64,000 nt of DNA from Coraliomargarita sp. (GCA_965216325.1 OZ244160.1:1312001-1376000), one strand, 5' to 3'; shown: positions 9,291 to 21,047, numbered from the stretch's first letter. Notes: generated by a model not told the origin, from the sequence alone. Program-made: numbers and translations.

Positions 9291-11204
9291 ATCGAGTAGC
9301 CGGGAGCGGTTGCCTGCTCCAAGCTCTCACACCACCGGACGTACGGTTCACGTATCACGGCGGTTCCGAAGAAGGATTTCGGCTCTCATCAATTCGAGCA
9401 AATCATAGACAGATAGGAGCTTCATTTGCGTGAAGGCTTTGCGTGGGAGGGCTTGGTTCATGTGAGAGGCTCCGCTGTTAAACCACGCCCCGCGTCCGTT
9501 GTAGCTGCTTTTGCGGGCACATTCGGGGCTGAGCCCAAGCTGCACCAGCTTCCTGTAGCGGGTGTGGGGACGTTTCCACTGTCGCCAGAGGATGCACCGC
9601 AAGCGATGTCGCAACCATTCGTCCAGTTCCCCGGCGAAGGTTTTCGTCTGACTCAGGCGGAAGTAGTTCGTCCAGCCGCGTAGCACTGGATTGAGCGTCT
9701 CAGCGATGAAGCGGCGCAGGTTGCGCCCGCGCCCTTTGCGGCAGAGTTTCCGCAGCTTGGACTTCATCTTTTGAGTCGTCTGTTTGGGCACGCGAATGCG
9801 GCTATGCTTGCCCCCAGTGAAGCTGTAGCCGAGGAAGATCCGGCGGCTCGGACGATCCACCGCGCTTTTGAGGTGGTTGACCTTCAGCTTCAGTTTGGTC
9901 TCCAAATAGTTCGTGATCGAAGCGAGCACACGCTCGCCGCTGCGCTGCGTGGCGACGTAAATGTTACAGTCGTCCGCGTAGCGGCAGAAGCTATGGCCGC
10001 GCTTCTCCAGTTCCTTATCCAGATCGTCCAACATGATGTTGGACAGCAGTGGAGAGAGCGGCCCACCCTGAGGCGTGCCTTTCTCCATGGGTTGAACCAG
10101 CCCGCCGATCATCACTCCAGCTTTAAGCCAGGAGCGGATCAGTTTGAGCATGGCTTTGTCTTTCACATGACGGCGCACCCGCGCCATCAGCAGGTCGTGG
10201 TTCACTTCGTCGAAGAAGGCCTTCAAGTCCATGTCCACGACCCAGTTCTTGCCTTCGTGCTGATACTTTTGCGCCTGTTCGACCGCTTGTCCTGCGCTGC
10301 GTCCGGGGCGGAACCCGTAGCTGTGTTCGCTGAACAGGGGGTCGAAGATCGGGCTGAGTATCTGCAAGGCCGCTTGTTGCAGCACACGGTCAACGATCGT
10401 GGGAACGCCCAGCTTGCGGGTGCCCCCGCCCGGCTTTTTGATCTCCAGACGCAGCACTGCCGGGGGACGATACCTCCCGGTCAGCAACTGCGATTCGATC
10501 TGCTCCCAGTGCGCATTTAGATACGCCAGGCTGGCTTCCATGTCGCGCTCGTCGATGCCCGCTCTGCCGCCGTTGCGGCGCACTTTCTTCCACGCGGCTT
10601 TGATATTGCCGCGCTCGGTCACCTGTCGAATCAGGTCGTATTGGTGAGCAACTCGGTTCTCCAAGGCCGATGGCGCGCTTGATGCGCCCGCATGGACTCG
10701 CCCCAGATGCCGTCCGGTTCCTTCCACGCGGGTCTGACGGGTGGTGCCGCCAGCTTCTGCTTCCCTGCTCTCGCTCATGGTCTCAGTCCTTGTTGTCGTT
10801 CTTCGGTTCGATCCTTCGCCCGCGACCTGTGCAGGCTACTATGATCTCGGCTGACTTCTCTAAACACATCCCAGTGCCTCGCGACACTGGTAGCCAGTAG
10901 CATGTTCAGAGACCTCCCCGGGTAATGCGCACTTACCGTCACACTTATGCCTGCCGCATGTACGCCTGCGCTTTCCGGGCAAGTTTCGGACTTTGAAGTT
11001 CTGTGCCTCCTCATCCAACGCAAACGCCTCTTATGCGATTTCTGTTCGTCAGGCCAGTGCTTTGCCATAGGCTTCCTTCCCACGAACACCTCGCGATGCC
11101 GCAGTTGCCCTTCGGCTAACTCTTCCCCTTGCCGGGCGAGTAACAGACTTTCATCAATTTCCATTAATAATCACTGTCGAGTAAGTGCGCCCTGCCGGGC
11201 GCAC
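9291..11204 (-). mobile_element. Group IIC intron, copy 1 (1914 nt)
   Basis: 5' GTGCGCCCGGC, domain V GAACCGCCG..GTACG..CGGTGGTGTG with CGC triad, domain VI ending CTACTCGAT, inserted directly after a terminator hairpin. Confidence 0.95.
9348..10778 (-). CDS. ltrA: Group II intron reverse transcriptase/maturase, no endonuclease domain
   Basis: RKLGVPTIVDR, SYGFRPGRS, GTPQGGPLSP, YADD, X-domain LRGWTNYF. Confidence 0.95.
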   Translation of the reverse strand: MSESREAEAGGTTRQTRVEGTGRHLGRVHAGASSAPSALENRVAHQYDLIRQVTERGNIKAAWKKVRRNGGRAGIDERDMEASLAYLNAHWEQIESQLLTGRYRPPAVLRLEIKKPGGGTRKLGVPTIVDRVLQQAALQILSPIFDPLFSEHSYGFRPGRSAGQAVEQAQKYQHEGKNWVVDMDLKAFFDEVNHDLLMARVRRHVKDKAMLKLIRSWLKAGVMIGGLVQPMEKGTPQGGPLSPLLSNIMLDDLDKELEKRGHSFCRYADDCNIYVATQRSGERVLASITNYLETKLKLKVNHLKSAVDRPSRRIFLGYSFTGGKHSRIRVPKQTTQKMKSKLRKLCRKGRGRNLRRFIAETLNPVLRGWTNYFRLSQTKTFAGELDEWLRHRLRCILWRQWKRPHTRYRKLVQLGLSPECARKSSYNGRGAWFNSGASHMNQALPRKAFTQMKLLSVYDLLELMRAEILLRNRRDT

Positions 11205-11206
11205 AC

Positions 11207-11240
11207 AAAAAGGCCCTCCAGTGAAAACTGGAGGGCCTTT
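11207..11240 (-). terminator. Intrinsic terminator of the porin gene; intron copy 1 target
   Basis: AGGCCCTCCA-loop-TGGAGGGCCT followed by a T tract. Confidence 0.9.
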
Positions 11241-11264
11241 GATCAGAATATAAAAAGAGCTATC

Positions 11265-12503
11265 TTAGAAAGAGAAGATCAGCTCAACAGCACCGATGAG
11301 TTCATCATACTCTGCATCACCACCACCGGTCAGCACACCACCCGCATCAGCACCGAGATCGCCGTCGCCTTCAGCATAGCTTACTTCAAGCACAAGCAGC
11401 AGGTTATCAGTGAATGCGTAGTTGTGGGCCAGTGTGAACTTAAGCATGTCTGCCTCGATGTCAGCGTCAGCTGAGATTGGTGTGCTTACGTCACCTTCAA
11501 TCTCGTAATCAACATAGCTGATACGACCAGTCACAGATGCCTTCTCGCTGTATGCCCAGTTGGCCATGATCAGACCACCAAGGGAATCAGTTTCGATGTC
11601 AGCAAGAACACCAGAAACCCCTGGCGCATCTGTAGTGTCATCCCACTCATTGTTGCCGTAGAAGAATTCTGCAGCAAAGAACCATGCACCCATTTCATAA
11701 GTAACATAGGTGTTGAAGGTGTAGCTGGTTGTGTCACCGGTATCGATTGCGTCACCAGAGAGACCATCACCGTCTTCATAAGCGAGGCCAACGAACCATG
11801 TGAAGTCTTCAGTTACGTTCCAAGCACCTGCAAGTTCAGCGCCCCAACCGCCACCGTCGACGGACTCGGAACCACCAAGACGGCTGTCGTAGTTTTTGTC
11901 ACCGTCAAGTAGCGAGGCACCAAAGAAGAACTCGTCGCTCTCATATGTGTATTTTACACCTTGAGAGTAGTTTGCGCCAATCGGGAAGATTGTGCCAGTC
12001 AACGCTGCGATATCCTCACCGCCAAGGTCATCAGGAAGGAAGCCAAGACCAAGGTCAAGAAGCTCAGAACCTGCAAAAGGAAGCGAATATGCAGTAGAGT
12101 ATTGGTAAAGACCTGTTGGCTCGAAAGCTTCGAAACCAAGCATCGATGCGAAGCGACCAGCTGTGATCGCACTGCCACCGTCGAAGTGGTAAGTCGCGAA
12201 TGCCTCTTCTACTTCAAGGTCATCACCAGCTTCTTCATATTCAAGATCGATTTGAGCAGTTACCTTGTCGAAGTCGAACAACCAGCTGATTTCAACCTGA
12301 TCTACAGCGAAACTGTTGTCGGAGAAGTCTTCATCAAAGACGTTACCAACGCCGTCAACGTCAGCTTCAGCACTGCCGTCGGCGTGAACGTAGGACATAT
12401 CGATAAAGCCCTCGAAGGAAAGGAAGTCATTGATGACGATCTCACCATACGAAAGGCTGCAAGCCGCAAATGCTGCGGATGTAAGCGCAAGTTTCTTATT
12501 CAT
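11265..12503 (-). CDS. Outer-membrane porin/beta-barrel protein
   Basis: Signal peptide, EGFIDMSY, GRFASMLGFEAFEP, very acidic, ends ELIFSF. Confidence 0.85.
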   Translation of the reverse strand: MNKKLALTSAAFAACSLSYGEIVINDFLSFEGFIDMSYVHADGSAEADVDGVGNVFDEDFSDNSFAVDQVEISWLFDFDKVTAQIDLEYEEAGDDLEVEEAFATYHFDGGSAITAGRFASMLGFEAFEPTGLYQYSTAYSLPFAGSELLDLGLGFLPDDLGGEDIAALTGTIFPIGANYSQGVKYTYESDEFFFGASLLDGDKNYDSRLGGSESVDGGGWGAELAGAWNVTEDFTWFVGLAYEDGDGLSGDAIDTGDTTSYTFNTYVTYEMGAWFFAAEFFYGNNEWDDTTDAPGVSGVLADIETDSLGGLIMANWAYSEKASVTGRISYVDYEIEGDVSTPISADADIEADMLKFTLAHNYAFTDNLLLVLEVSYAEGDGDLGADAGGVLTGGGDAEYDELIGAVELIFSF

Positions 12504-12719
12504 TAGTGTAGTGTTCTTTGGTTTGTTTGTCGTGAACCCTCATAAATGAGAAATTCAACGAGCAAAATCTGCCCCAAAAACGTTAGAAAGTGAAGCTTTT
12601 TTTTATGAATCAAACACCTCAAAAAAGAGACACCTAGACACCTCATAAAGCTGTCACGAATAAGGCCGCCCAGCTCAATTAACTAAGCATGAGGCAGGCA
12701 GTGGCTTCCCCTCACCAAC

Positions 12720-13424
12720 TTAGGCATACACAATGCAAGCGCACTGATCGCAGAAGTGAGGCTCCCCTGAATCGAGCGCCTCTCGAGAGACCTCATTCGA
12801 CACGCGCAAATGGCAACGCGCACAAACGTGCGCTTCAATCCTTGCGACATACGGTGCCCGCTTCACCAATTTACGCACACGATCATAGTGCTCGATGTAG
12901 GACTCTTGAATGCCTTCGCGTGACGCAGCCAGCGCTGCCTTGGCGTCATCAATCGAGTCTTTAAGATTCTGCTCTTTCTGAGCCAAGAGCTCAATGTGAC
13001 GACGCTGCTCCTGAATACGGAGCTCAATCTCGGCCTTATCGGCATTGAACTGCTCGGTGACTTCGTCGATTTCGAGCATCAGCTCGATTTCCTGCTCCTC
13101 GAGTGTCGAAATTTCAGTCTCAGTCTGCTCAATCTGCTGAGTCATCGCCCGATACTCGTCGTTTTTCTTAATTTCGAGCTGCTGGGTGCGAAATTTGGCC
13201 ACGGCGGCCTCTTTGGCCTTCACCTCTGTGTCGAGTTCACTGCGCTGCACCTCTTTTTCCTTCAGTGTCTGGCGAGCGGCCTCAACATTGGCCTCTTCCG
13301 CTGCGATCTTGCTTTCGATTAAGGCGCGCTCTTTGGGAATACGCGTGAGCTCTTGCTCGATTTTTTGCAGCGAAGTGTCGCGATCTTGAACGATTAGGAG
13401 CTTTTCGATTTGCGGGTCAGGCAT
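12720..13424 (-). CDS. Coiled-coil plus C4 zinc-ribbon protein (CT398/DUF164-like)
   Basis: Long coiled coil, C-terminal CARCH...CDQC. Confidence 0.9.
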   Translation of the reverse strand: MPDPQIEKLLIVQDRDTSLQKIEQELTRIPKERALIESKIAAEEANVEAARQTLKEKEVQRSELDTEVKAKEAAVAKFRTQQLEIKKNDEYRAMTQQIEQTETEISTLEEQEIELMLEIDEVTEQFNADKAEIELRIQEQRRHIELLAQKEQNLKDSIDDAKAALAASREGIQESYIEHYDRVRKLVKRAPYVARIEAHVCARCHLRVSNEVSREALDSGEPHFCDQCACIVYA

Positions 13425-13474
13425 GTCTGCACACTGTCACCATCAGCGACCCACAGAGCAACCTAAAACCACGC

Positions 13475-13831
13475 ATGAGCGACACTTCTCTCCAAGACCA
13501 AATCGACGACGCCACTTTTGATTTCACCATGGGCGACTGCGCCACAGCAATCGAAAAGCTGCAGGCGATTACCGCCCAGAATGCGGACTGCTTTGCCGCA
13601 TGGCATGCCCTCACTGAGGTGCTGTTTTCAGAACAACAACTTAACGCTGCACTTGAGGCCGCCGAACACGCCCACAGTTTGGACGCCAACGACATCCACA
13701 TCAACACCAGCCTATCGCGCATCTGGGTGGCCCTCGGCGACAAAGAAAAAGCCGAACACTTTGGTGCCCAAGCACGTATGCTCGGCTGGAAAGATGAACT
13801 AAAATCTCCGCCCAAAACGGATGAATTTTAA
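13475..13831 (+). CDS. Small TPR-repeat protein
   Basis: Helical TPR-like pattern (AWHAL..., NTSLSRIWVALGDKEKAE). Confidence 0.75.
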   Translation: MSDTSLQDQIDDATFDFTMGDCATAIEKLQAITAQNADCFAAWHALTEVLFSEQQLNAALEAAEHAHSLDANDIHINTSLSRIWVALGDKEKAEHFGAQARMLGWKDELKSPPKTDEF

Positions 13832-13857
13832 CCCCAAGAACCGAGCGATTCGCGGCA

Positions 13858-13886
13858 TTGACAGGCCAGATTTCGCTTAACTTAAT
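13858..13886 (+). promoter_or_regulatory. Putative sigma70-type promoter of accA
   Basis: TTGACA, 17 nt, CTTAAT, 9 nt before the ATG. Confidence 0.6.
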
Positions 13887-13895
13887 CGTCACAAC

Positions 13896-14888
13896 ATGGA
13901 AGACGCTACCTACACGCTAGAATTTGAAAAACCACTGCGCGAGCTAACCAAGCAACTTCAGACACTCCAAACCGTGTCTGAGGAATCGAAAGTGGACGTT
14001 GCCAGCGAAATTGAGGCAATTGAAAAGAAGATCGAAGCCATGAAGGCCGACATCTACTCGAACCTGACTCCATGGCAGCGCGTGCAACTCTCCCGCCACC
14101 CCAAGCGCCCCTACGCACTCGACTACATCGAGCGCATTTTTACCGATTTTCAGGAGTTACACGGCGACCGCCGCTTCAAGGACGACGCCGCAATCGTAGG
14201 TGGCCCTGCCTTTCTGGATGGCAAGCCAGTGATGGTAATCGGCCAGCAAAAAGGCCGCAACACCAAGGACAACCTCAAGCGCAACTTCGGCTGTCCACAC
14301 CCGGAAGGCTACCGTAAAGCGATGCGCTTGATGGAAATGGCAGACAAGTTCGACATGCCAATCGTCACGCTTATCGACACTCCAGGCGCCTACCCTGGCA
14401 TCGGTGCTGAGGAACGCCACGTTGCAGAAGCCATCGCAGTCAACATCCGCGACATGAGTGCACTCAAAGTGCCGATCATCAGCATCGTTATTGGCGAAGG
14501 TGGCTCAGGCGGTGCGCTCGGTATGGCTGTAGCGGACGAAGTGATGATTCTTGAAAACGGCTACTACTCGGTAATTTCACCAGAGGGCTGTGCAGCCATT
14601 CTTTGGAAGGACCGCGCCGCGGCACCAAAGGCCGCTGAAGCATTGAAGTTCAGCCCGAGCGATTTGATCAAGTTCGGTGTTGTTGACCAGATTCTAAAAG
14701 AGCCAGTTGGCGGCGCCCACCGTGACTACGCAGAAGCTGCAGCCACAATGAAGACCGCGATCGTTGATTCACTCAAGGGGCTCTCCAAGAAGAGCGACAA
14801 GAAGCTACTCGACGATCGCTACGACCGCTTCCGCAAGCTCGGCGTCTTCGAAGAAAAAGCCACTGCAGAAGCCTCAACTGAGGCCTAA
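13896..14888 (+). CDS. accA: Acetyl-CoA carboxylase carboxyltransferase alpha subunit
   Basis: LEFEKP, ELHGDR, PEGYRKA, IDTPGAYPGIGAEER, GEGGSGGAL, YSVISPEGCAAILW. Confidence 0.98.
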   Translation: MEDATYTLEFEKPLRELTKQLQTLQTVSEESKVDVASEIEAIEKKIEAMKADIYSNLTPWQRVQLSRHPKRPYALDYIERIFTDFQELHGDRRFKDDAAIVGGPAFLDGKPVMVIGQQKGRNTKDNLKRNFGCPHPEGYRKAMRLMEMADKFDMPIVTLIDTPGAYPGIGAEERHVAEAIAVNIRDMSALKVPIISIVIGEGGSGGALGMAVADEVMILENGYYSVISPEGCAAILWKDRAAAPKAAEALKFSPSDLIKFGVVDQILKEPVGGAHRDYAEAAATMKTAIVDSLKGLSKKSDKKLLDDRYDRFRKLGVFEEKATAEASTEA

Positions 14889-14909
14889 GCGGCAAAGCTG
14901 GAAAGCGAA

Positions 14910-15689
14910 CTACCAACTGACACGCAGACCATCGTAAGCCAAGCGGATGTTCTCCGGCAACTCAGCTTCGGTAGCCTCGTGGTCGACCATGTAGGTCATG
15001 TGAGTCAGGAAAGACATGGGCGCATCCATTTCCTTGGCCACCTGAGTCGCTTCCGCAACCGTCATATGCGAAGGATGTGGCTGAGGGCGTAGACCATCCA
15101 AAACCACAATGTCTGCGTCCTCCGCAATTAAACGCGCCTCCTCGCCGACCTCCTTGCAATCGGTGTAATACGCGAGCGATTTACCAGTGTCCTTCTCGGT
15201 AAAGACCAGGCCGAGCACCTGCATGTTACCATGCGGCAGATAAACGGTCTCAATGAGGCCACCGGGTAGTTCCAACTGCTGAGGCATCTCATGCAGTTGA
15301 AATGCCGGGTAGCCCTTGACCACCGGCTTATCCAAAATCGCATAGGGAAAGATCTCGCGAATGCGCGCCAAGCCGTGAGGGCTACTGTAAACAGGCAGCG
15401 CCTCGCCTCCCTTCAAATCACAGAAACGGCGCAAATCATCCATGCCCAGGATGTGATCTGCGTGCGGATGGGTAAGCACGAAGGTATCGATTTGGTCGAG
15501 CCCCGCCTGAATACATTGCATCCGAAACTCTGGCGCAGCATCTACCTGAATGTGATGCCCCCCCATTTCGACGTGAATCGAAGTGCGCGTGCGCCAATTT
15601 TTGGGATTCTCAAGATCACAACCGCCCTCAGGTTGCGCAATCATGGGGACGCCCTGTGAGGTCCCTGTGCCTAAAAAGATAACTTCCAT
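14910..15689 (-). CDS. MBL-fold metallohydrolase (PhnP-like)
   Basis: FLGTGTSQGVP, THPHADHILG, LAYDG. Confidence 0.92.
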   Translation of the reverse strand: MEVIFLGTGTSQGVPMIAQPEGGCDLENPKNWRTRTSIHVEMGGHHIQVDAAPEFRMQCIQAGLDQIDTFVLTHPHADHILGMDDLRRFCDLKGGEALPVYSSPHGLARIREIFPYAILDKPVVKGYPAFQLHEMPQQLELPGGLIETVYLPHGNMQVLGLVFTEKDTGKSLAYYTDCKEVGEEARLIAEDADIVVLDGLRPQPHPSHMTVAEATQVAKEMDAPMSFLTHMTYMVDHEATEAELPENIRLAYDGLRVSW

Positions 15690-15765
15690 ACAAGTCTGCA
15701 GCCTGAGGATTCACCTCCGACAATCAATAGAGTAAAGCTCATCAGCCGATTAAATTACGGCACTG

Positions 15766-16695
15766 TCACTTAGCAGGCACCGAATCCGTCTCGCTCACAA
15801 TCAAATCCAAATACAAGAGTCGGTGGTCACTCCCACGCAGCATTCCCGGTTCATCGACAATAAGGGCACGTCCGGCTTCAATTTGTGGTCCCAACTCGGG
15901 TGACGCGACAAAGCCATCGAAGGTCAAATATTGGCTCTGCTTCTCATAGAACAGAGTCCAGACTTCACCACGCGAATCCGCAGCTGGCACACGTGCTCCA
16001 ATCGACAACTCGCCCCGCTTGTAAAAACGGCGCAGCGTTGCGCTGCCCGGATGGTCGTTGAAATCGCCCGCAATAAGAAAGCGATCCTGCGACAAATCAT
16101 AGCTGCGCTCCACAATACGATTCCGACACGCCTCAGCCTCTCGGGTGCGCCTTAAAGTAGAATTCGGATCCTCCTCAACGTCCGACCAATGGCTCTTAAG
16201 GTGAACTACAAATAACTGAAACGCCCCTCCATCGCCAAATGGGAATACAACTTCCAATAAACCACGCCTGACCTTCTCGCGTCCGTCAATATAGTTAAAA
16301 TCAAGATCGTCATGCTTGACCACTACCTCGGGAGCAATCCGTGAAAGCACTGCAATATGCCGCACTGAATCATCGGCGCGCATGTGAATCGCATACTCGT
16401 AGTGAAGTCCTTCCTGAGCCAGATCCGCCCGCAACTCCTCCAAGAAGGGAAGCCCTCCGATCTCCTGCAGGGCCAGAATGTCCGGGCTCACGGAAAGGAT
16501 CGCATTACGTACAGCAGCCTTCTCCGCCTCTGGCTTAGGATAGGCTGGACGCCATTTCGCACCGACATAGCGATCCATGACTAAATAGTTTTCGAGATTA
16601 TACGTCGCGATCCGTATCGACTGGACTGCGACCAGAGATGTCCCGAGCCATAAATAAGCCCAACACAGGTAGACAATCTGGCAGCACAATTTCAT
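15766..16695 (-). CDS. Secreted endonuclease/exonuclease/phosphatase family protein
   Basis: ATYNLENY, LQE, VHLKS, GDFND, SDH. Confidence 0.9.
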   Translation of the reverse strand: MKLCCQIVYLCWAYLWLGTSLVAVQSIRIATYNLENYLVMDRYVGAKWRPAYPKPEAEKAAVRNAILSVSPDILALQEIGGLPFLEELRADLAQEGLHYEYAIHMRADDSVRHIAVLSRIAPEVVVKHDDLDFNYIDGREKVRRGLLEVVFPFGDGGAFQLFVVHLKSHWSDVEEDPNSTLRRTREAEACRNRIVERSYDLSQDRFLIAGDFNDHPGSATLRRFYKRGELSIGARVPAADSRGEVWTLFYEKQSQYLTFDGFVASPELGPQIEAGRALIVDEPGMLRGSDHRLLYLDLIVSETDSVPAK

Positions 16696-16702
16696 TAAAG
16701 TA

Positions 16703-17953
16703 TCACTCGCGCCTCAACGAGGCCTCACGCTCCAGCAAGGTCGGGTGCGAATAATGAAAGCTGCTGTATAAGGGGTGTGGCGTCAAATTGCTGAGATTCT
16801 CTTTATGCAATTTCCGTAAGGAACGGACCAGCGGCTCATAGGAATTCATCGCGTCACGAGCAAAGGCATCTGCTTCATACTCATGCTTACGCGACAGGCG
16901 GCTGCTCAACGGGGAGAGCCAGAAAGTGACCAACCCACTCAAGAGCATAAACAAAATTAACACCGGCACCAATGCCCCCGATGCGGACTCACTAAAGCCA
17001 AATGCCTGAGCAAACCATAGACTATTGGCCAGCCATCCAAGTGCAGCAAACATTCCCAGTGTCATCACACCAGACACAGCGATCATCTTCGGAATGTGCC
17101 CTAATTTGTAGTGTCCGATCTCGTGCGCTAAAACCGCCTCCAGCTCCTCGGCCTCCATTTGCTCGATCAGCGTATCGAACAATACGATACGACGAAACTT
17201 CCCAAAGCCGGCGAAGAATGCATTCGAATGCCCGGAACGCTTGCTCCCATCCATCACCAAAATGGTTTGTGCAAGGAAGCCCGTGCGATCAGCCAGCGCA
17301 AAGAGGCGATCTTTGAGCTCCCCCTCCTCGATCGGCTCCATTTTGTTAAACAGTGGCATGATGAACATCGGATACGCGACTACCATGACTAACTGAAAGA
17401 TAAAGAACACCGCAAAGCCCCAGACCCACCAGAGTGCACCAGCGGACTGCACCAAGAATATCAGCAGCGCCAACAAGGGATAGCCGATCACAAAGCCGAT
17501 CAGGAGGCCCTTAATCTTATCGATTACCCAAAGCTGTTTCGTGCTTTTGTTGAAACCAAAGCGTTCCTCCAACTTAAACGTGCTCCACCAATCAAAAGGA
17601 ATACCGGGCATCCCAAGTGCAATTGCAATTAGGAACAAGACCAAGGCCTGCCCCCAGACTCCTATACCAAGCGGCGCAGTAAGAAGCTCATAGAGCCATG
17701 GCAATAGGCCTGAGACAATCACCACGACCAAAATCAGCGCATCATAGAGATCATTCACGATGCCAAAGCGAGTCTTAGCCACCGTGTATTCGATCGACTT
17801 CGCATAGCTTTCCGCATCCATAAAATCACGAAAACTCTCAGGCACTTCGGCAGACTGTTTCGCGGCATGGCGCATATTAATCCAGTCCAGCCATATGCTG
17901 GTTGCTGTTTTCACAACAAGAAGAACGAGAAACGTAAGCAGAATTGTATTCAT
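16703..17953 (-). CDS. M48 family (Ste24-like) membrane zinc metallopeptidase
   Basis: [29 protein letters not shown], multiple TMs. Confidence 0.95.
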   Translation of the reverse strand: MNTILLTFLVLLVVKTATSIWLDWINMRHAAKQSAEVPESFRDFMDAESYAKSIEYTVAKTRFGIVNDLYDALILVVVIVSGLLPWLYELLTAPLGIGVWGQALVLFLIAIALGMPGIPFDWWSTFKLEERFGFNKSTKQLWVIDKIKGLLIGFVIGYPLLALLIFLVQSAGALWWVWGFAVFFIFQLVMVVAYPMFIMPLFNKMEPIEEGELKDRLFALADRTGFLAQTILVMDGSKRSGHSNAFFAGFGKFRRIVLFDTLIEQMEAEELEAVLAHEIGHYKLGHIPKMIAVSGVMTLGMFAALGWLANSLWFAQAFGFSESASGALVPVLILFMLLSGLVTFWLSPLSSRLSRKHEYEADAFARDAMNSYEPLVRSLRKLHKENLSNLTPHPLYSSFHYSHPTLLEREASLRRE

Positions 17954-17995
17954 TTAGAGGGCACCAAGAGACATGGATTCGAGTAGCGGGTAAAC

Positions 17996-18026
17996 AAAAA
18001 ACCCGCAGCCAAAGCTGCGGGTTCTT
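17996..18026 (-). terminator. Intrinsic terminator after pilC
   Basis: AACCCGCAGC/GCTGCGGGTT hairpin with a T tract. Confidence 0.85.
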
Positions 18027-18046
18027 GAAAGTCGGATCTGCCCGTA

Positions 18047-19297
18047 TCAACCGGAAAGCTGCTTGATAATTTCCACAATTGGCAGGAAGAGCGCAATAAC
18101 GATGAAACCGACAACAAGCGCGAGGAAGACGATCATGATCGGTTCAATGATCGAAGTGATACCTGCAACTGCATTGTCCACGTCTTCATCATAGTTATCG
18201 GCGACACGATTCAACATCTCCGCGAGTTCACCAGTTTCCTCACCAACATCGACCATACTAGTCACCATATTCGGGAAAACTTTCTCGCGCCCCATTGGCG
18301 CCGACAAAGATTCACCATCACGAACGGAGTCGTGAATACTGGTGAGCGCTTTGGCAAAATATACATTACCAGTGATATCTTTGGTAATGTTAATCGCTTC
18401 AAGGATCGGCACACCACTGGACAGCAAGGTGCCGAATGTGCGGGTAATGCGCCCGATGTTCACCTTACGCGCCAGATCGCCAACCTTAGGAAGATTCAAG
18501 GCACACCAGTTAAACATCTTACTACCTGGCCCAGTGCGCAGGAAGAATTTGATTCCAAAGAACACCGCCACCACAAGACCCAGTGTGATCAGGATGTTGT
18601 CCTTCATGAAATTACTGATGTTGATCACCAACTGTGTCGGAGCCGGCAGCGCAGCACCATCGAGCATTTCGTCGAAAATGGACTGAAACTTGGGAACCAC
18701 AACCACCATGAGCAAGACCACAATCGAAACAGCAACACCAACCACAACAATCGGATAGACCATTGCTGACTTAACCTTCTTCTTGGTCTTGAGGCTTTTT
18801 TCCATAAAGCCAGCCAAACGTGAAAGAACAACGTCCAAAACACCACCTGCTTCACCTGCGCGAATCATATTCACATACAGGCGGTCAAAGGTCTTCGGGT
18901 GCTGCGCCAAGCCATCTGAAAAAGAATTACCTGACTTCACTTGGTCGGCAATCTGCTCAAGCACAGCCTTAAAGCGAAGGTTCTTTTCCTGTCGAATCAT
19001 CACCTCGAGGGAACGCAACAACGGCAATCCAGCCTGAAGCAAGGTGGCCAACTGGCGCGTAAACGTCGTCAACTCCGCCGGCTTAATCACTTTGCCAAAA
19101 CCACCAGCCTTCTTCGGAGCCTTGGTTTTCGCCTTCGTAGCTTTCGCGGAACCACCACCCGCAACCTCGCCCACACTCGTTGGCATAAGGCCCATCCCGC
19201 TGAGCTTCGCGTTCGCATCATCAGTAGACGCGGCACTAATCGTGCCGTTCTTTTGCTTACCATTTTGGTCAATGGCAGAGTATTTGAATTTTGGCAT
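18047..19297 (-). CDS. pilC: Type IV pilus/T2SS platform protein (PilC/GspF)
   Basis: [35 protein letters not shown]. Confidence 0.93.
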   Translation of the reverse strand: MPKFKYSAIDQNGKQKNGTISAASTDDANAKLSGMGLMPTSVGEVAGGGSAKATKAKTKAPKKAGGFGKVIKPAELTTFTRQLATLLQAGLPLLRSLEVMIRQEKNLRFKAVLEQIADQVKSGNSFSDGLAQHPKTFDRLYVNMIRAGEAGGVLDVVLSRLAGFMEKSLKTKKKVKSAMVYPIVVVGVAVSIVVLLMVVVVPKFQSIFDEMLDGAALPAPTQLVINISNFMKDNILITLGLVVAVFFGIKFFLRTGPGSKMFNWCALNLPKVGDLARKVNIGRITRTFGTLLSSGVPILEAINITKDITGNVYFAKALTSIHDSVRDGESLSAPMGREKVFPNMVTSMVDVGEETGELAEMLNRVADNYDEDVDNAVAGITSIIEPIMIVFLALVVGFIVIALFLPIVEIIKQLSG

Positions 19298-19314
19298 AAC
19301 AGAAAAATGGGGCT

Positions 19315-21003
19315 CTAAGTATACTTAAGCACTTCTTCAATGGTTGCGTTACCGTCGAAAATTGCACGCAGGCCATCATCACGCAAGCTTCTCATGCCCT
19401 GTTCAAGCGCTTTTTGCTTAATCGCTAGAGTCGGCGCTTTCTGGTTGATCAGTTCACGGATGGCATCCGTAACAACGACCATCTCAAACAGGCCAATACG
19501 CCCGCGGTAACCGGTATTACTACACTCTGGGCAACCTTCACCGTAATAGAAGTCCTTGTCCGCAATCTCCAGCGGGTCGACATCGAGCATATCAATCAAC
19601 TCCGGACCAGGCTCGTATGCACTGCGGCAACTACGGCAGATGCGACGCAAGAGGCGCTGCGCAAGAATGGCTTCCAGAGAAGCAGAAATCAGGAAGGCAT
19701 CGAGCCCCATATCAATCAGACGTGTCACTGCGCCAGGAGCATCATTGGTGTGCAGGGTACTCAACACAACGTGACCAGTCAGCGAGGCCTGCACTGCAAT
19801 CTGGGCAGTCTCAAGGTCACGAATCTCCCCAACCATGATCTTGTCAGGGTCTTGGCGCAGGAACGCACGCAAGGCACGGGCGAAATCGAGCCCGACCTGG
19901 TGATTCACCGCAACCTGCATAATGCCGTCGATCTCATACTCGACCGGATCTTCAGCGGTAAGAATCTTGGTTTCGACCTTATTAACCTCCCGCAACGCAC
20001 TATAAAGTGTAGTCGTCTTACCTGAGCCAGTCGGTCCGGTAACGATGAAGATACCATTGGGTCGTGCAACCAGCTCGCGAATCTTAGCCAAAATATCATC
20101 CGGCAAGGTCAGTGCCTCCAAGTCCAGATTGACCACAGACTTATCCAGAACACGCAACACAACACTCTCCCCGAACTGGGTCGGCAAAGTCGAAACACGC
20201 AGGTCCACCGGACGACCAGCAATGGTCATCTTAATACGACCGTCCTGCGGAATACGCGTTTCCGAAATATTCATATTCGAAAGTACCTTAATACGCGAAA
20301 TAACTGGCACCGCCAAGTTGCGTGGCGGTGGCGCCATTTCATAGAGCGCACCGTCAATACGATAGCGAATACGGAATTGGTCCTCAAAGGGCTCAAAGTG
20401 GATATCTGAAGCCTTATCTTTAATCGCCTGCTGCAGAACCAGATTTACGAAACGGATAATTGGCGTCTGATTCGCCACATCCGTAAGGTCCATCTCCGAG
20501 GCATCCTCCTCGATATCCGCTATGCTAGCACCTATGTCGTCAAGGATATCGTCAATCGAAGAGTCTTCTTCACCATAAGTATTAATCAACAGCGACTCAA
20601 CCTGCTCGGGGTTACACACCGCAATGTTGATATCCTTGTTCAAGGCAAAGGTGAGATCATCGATAATACTCGAATTAAACGGATCGTGAGCCAGCAAGGT
20701 AACCGAAGTCTCGCTTGCGGTGTAGGGGACAACCGCATACATACGCGCCACCGAACTTTTGACAACGGACGCAACATCGATATCAATCGTCGAAGGCATC
20801 TCAGCCACATAGTCGTAACCAAGATAATCTGCGACGGCACTCAAGATCGCATCGCGCTCCACCAGCCCGGAATCCACAACAGCATCAGCCAACGACTTAC
20901 CAGTATGTAAGTGGCTTTCGTTCAGCTCTTCAAGAGTGGCGGGCTCGAGCAATTCGGCTGAGCTAATAATTTCGTAAACGGTCTCGTTATGATCTTCAAA
21001 CAT
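19315..21003 (-). CDS. pilB: Type IV pilus assembly ATPase (PilB/GspE family)
   Basis: [33 protein letters not shown], terminal CxxC. Confidence 0.92.
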   Translation of the reverse strand: MFEDHNETVYEIISSAELLEPATLEELNESHLHTGKSLADAVVDSGLVERDAILSAVADYLGYDYVAEMPSTIDIDVASVVKSSVARMYAVVPYTASETSVTLLAHDPFNSSIIDDLTFALNKDINIAVCNPEQVESLLINTYGEEDSSIDDILDDIGASIADIEEDASEMDLTDVANQTPIIRFVNLVLQQAIKDKASDIHFEPFEDQFRIRYRIDGALYEMAPPPRNLAVPVISRIKVLSNMNISETRIPQDGRIKMTIAGRPVDLRVSTLPTQFGESVVLRVLDKSVVNLDLEALTLPDDILAKIRELVARPNGIFIVTGPTGSGKTTTLYSALREVNKVETKILTAEDPVEYEIDGIMQVAVNHQVGLDFARALRAFLRQDPDKIMVGEIRDLETAQIAVQASLTGHVVLSTLHTNDAPGAVTRLIDMGLDAFLISASLEAILAQRLLRRICRSCRSAYEPGPELIDMLDVDPLEIADKDFYYGEGCPECSNTGYRGRIGLFEMVVVTDAIRELINQKAPTLAIKQKALEQGMRSLRDDGLRAIFDGNATIEEVLKYT

Positions 21004-21047
21004 GCGGGGACTTACCGTGAATAGAATAAAGTTATTTCAATAGATTG

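Noticed and set aside
9348..10778. Reverse transcriptase as a retron, DGR or CRISPR-associated RT
   Set aside because: It is embedded in a complete group IIC ribozyme with a maturase domain and occurs twice with identical boundaries
10826..10830. ACAGG loop as EBS1
   Set aside because: It falls in the domain III region (AAGTCAGC..GAAGGA..GAAC); the domain I loop at 11001-11004 is the positional match
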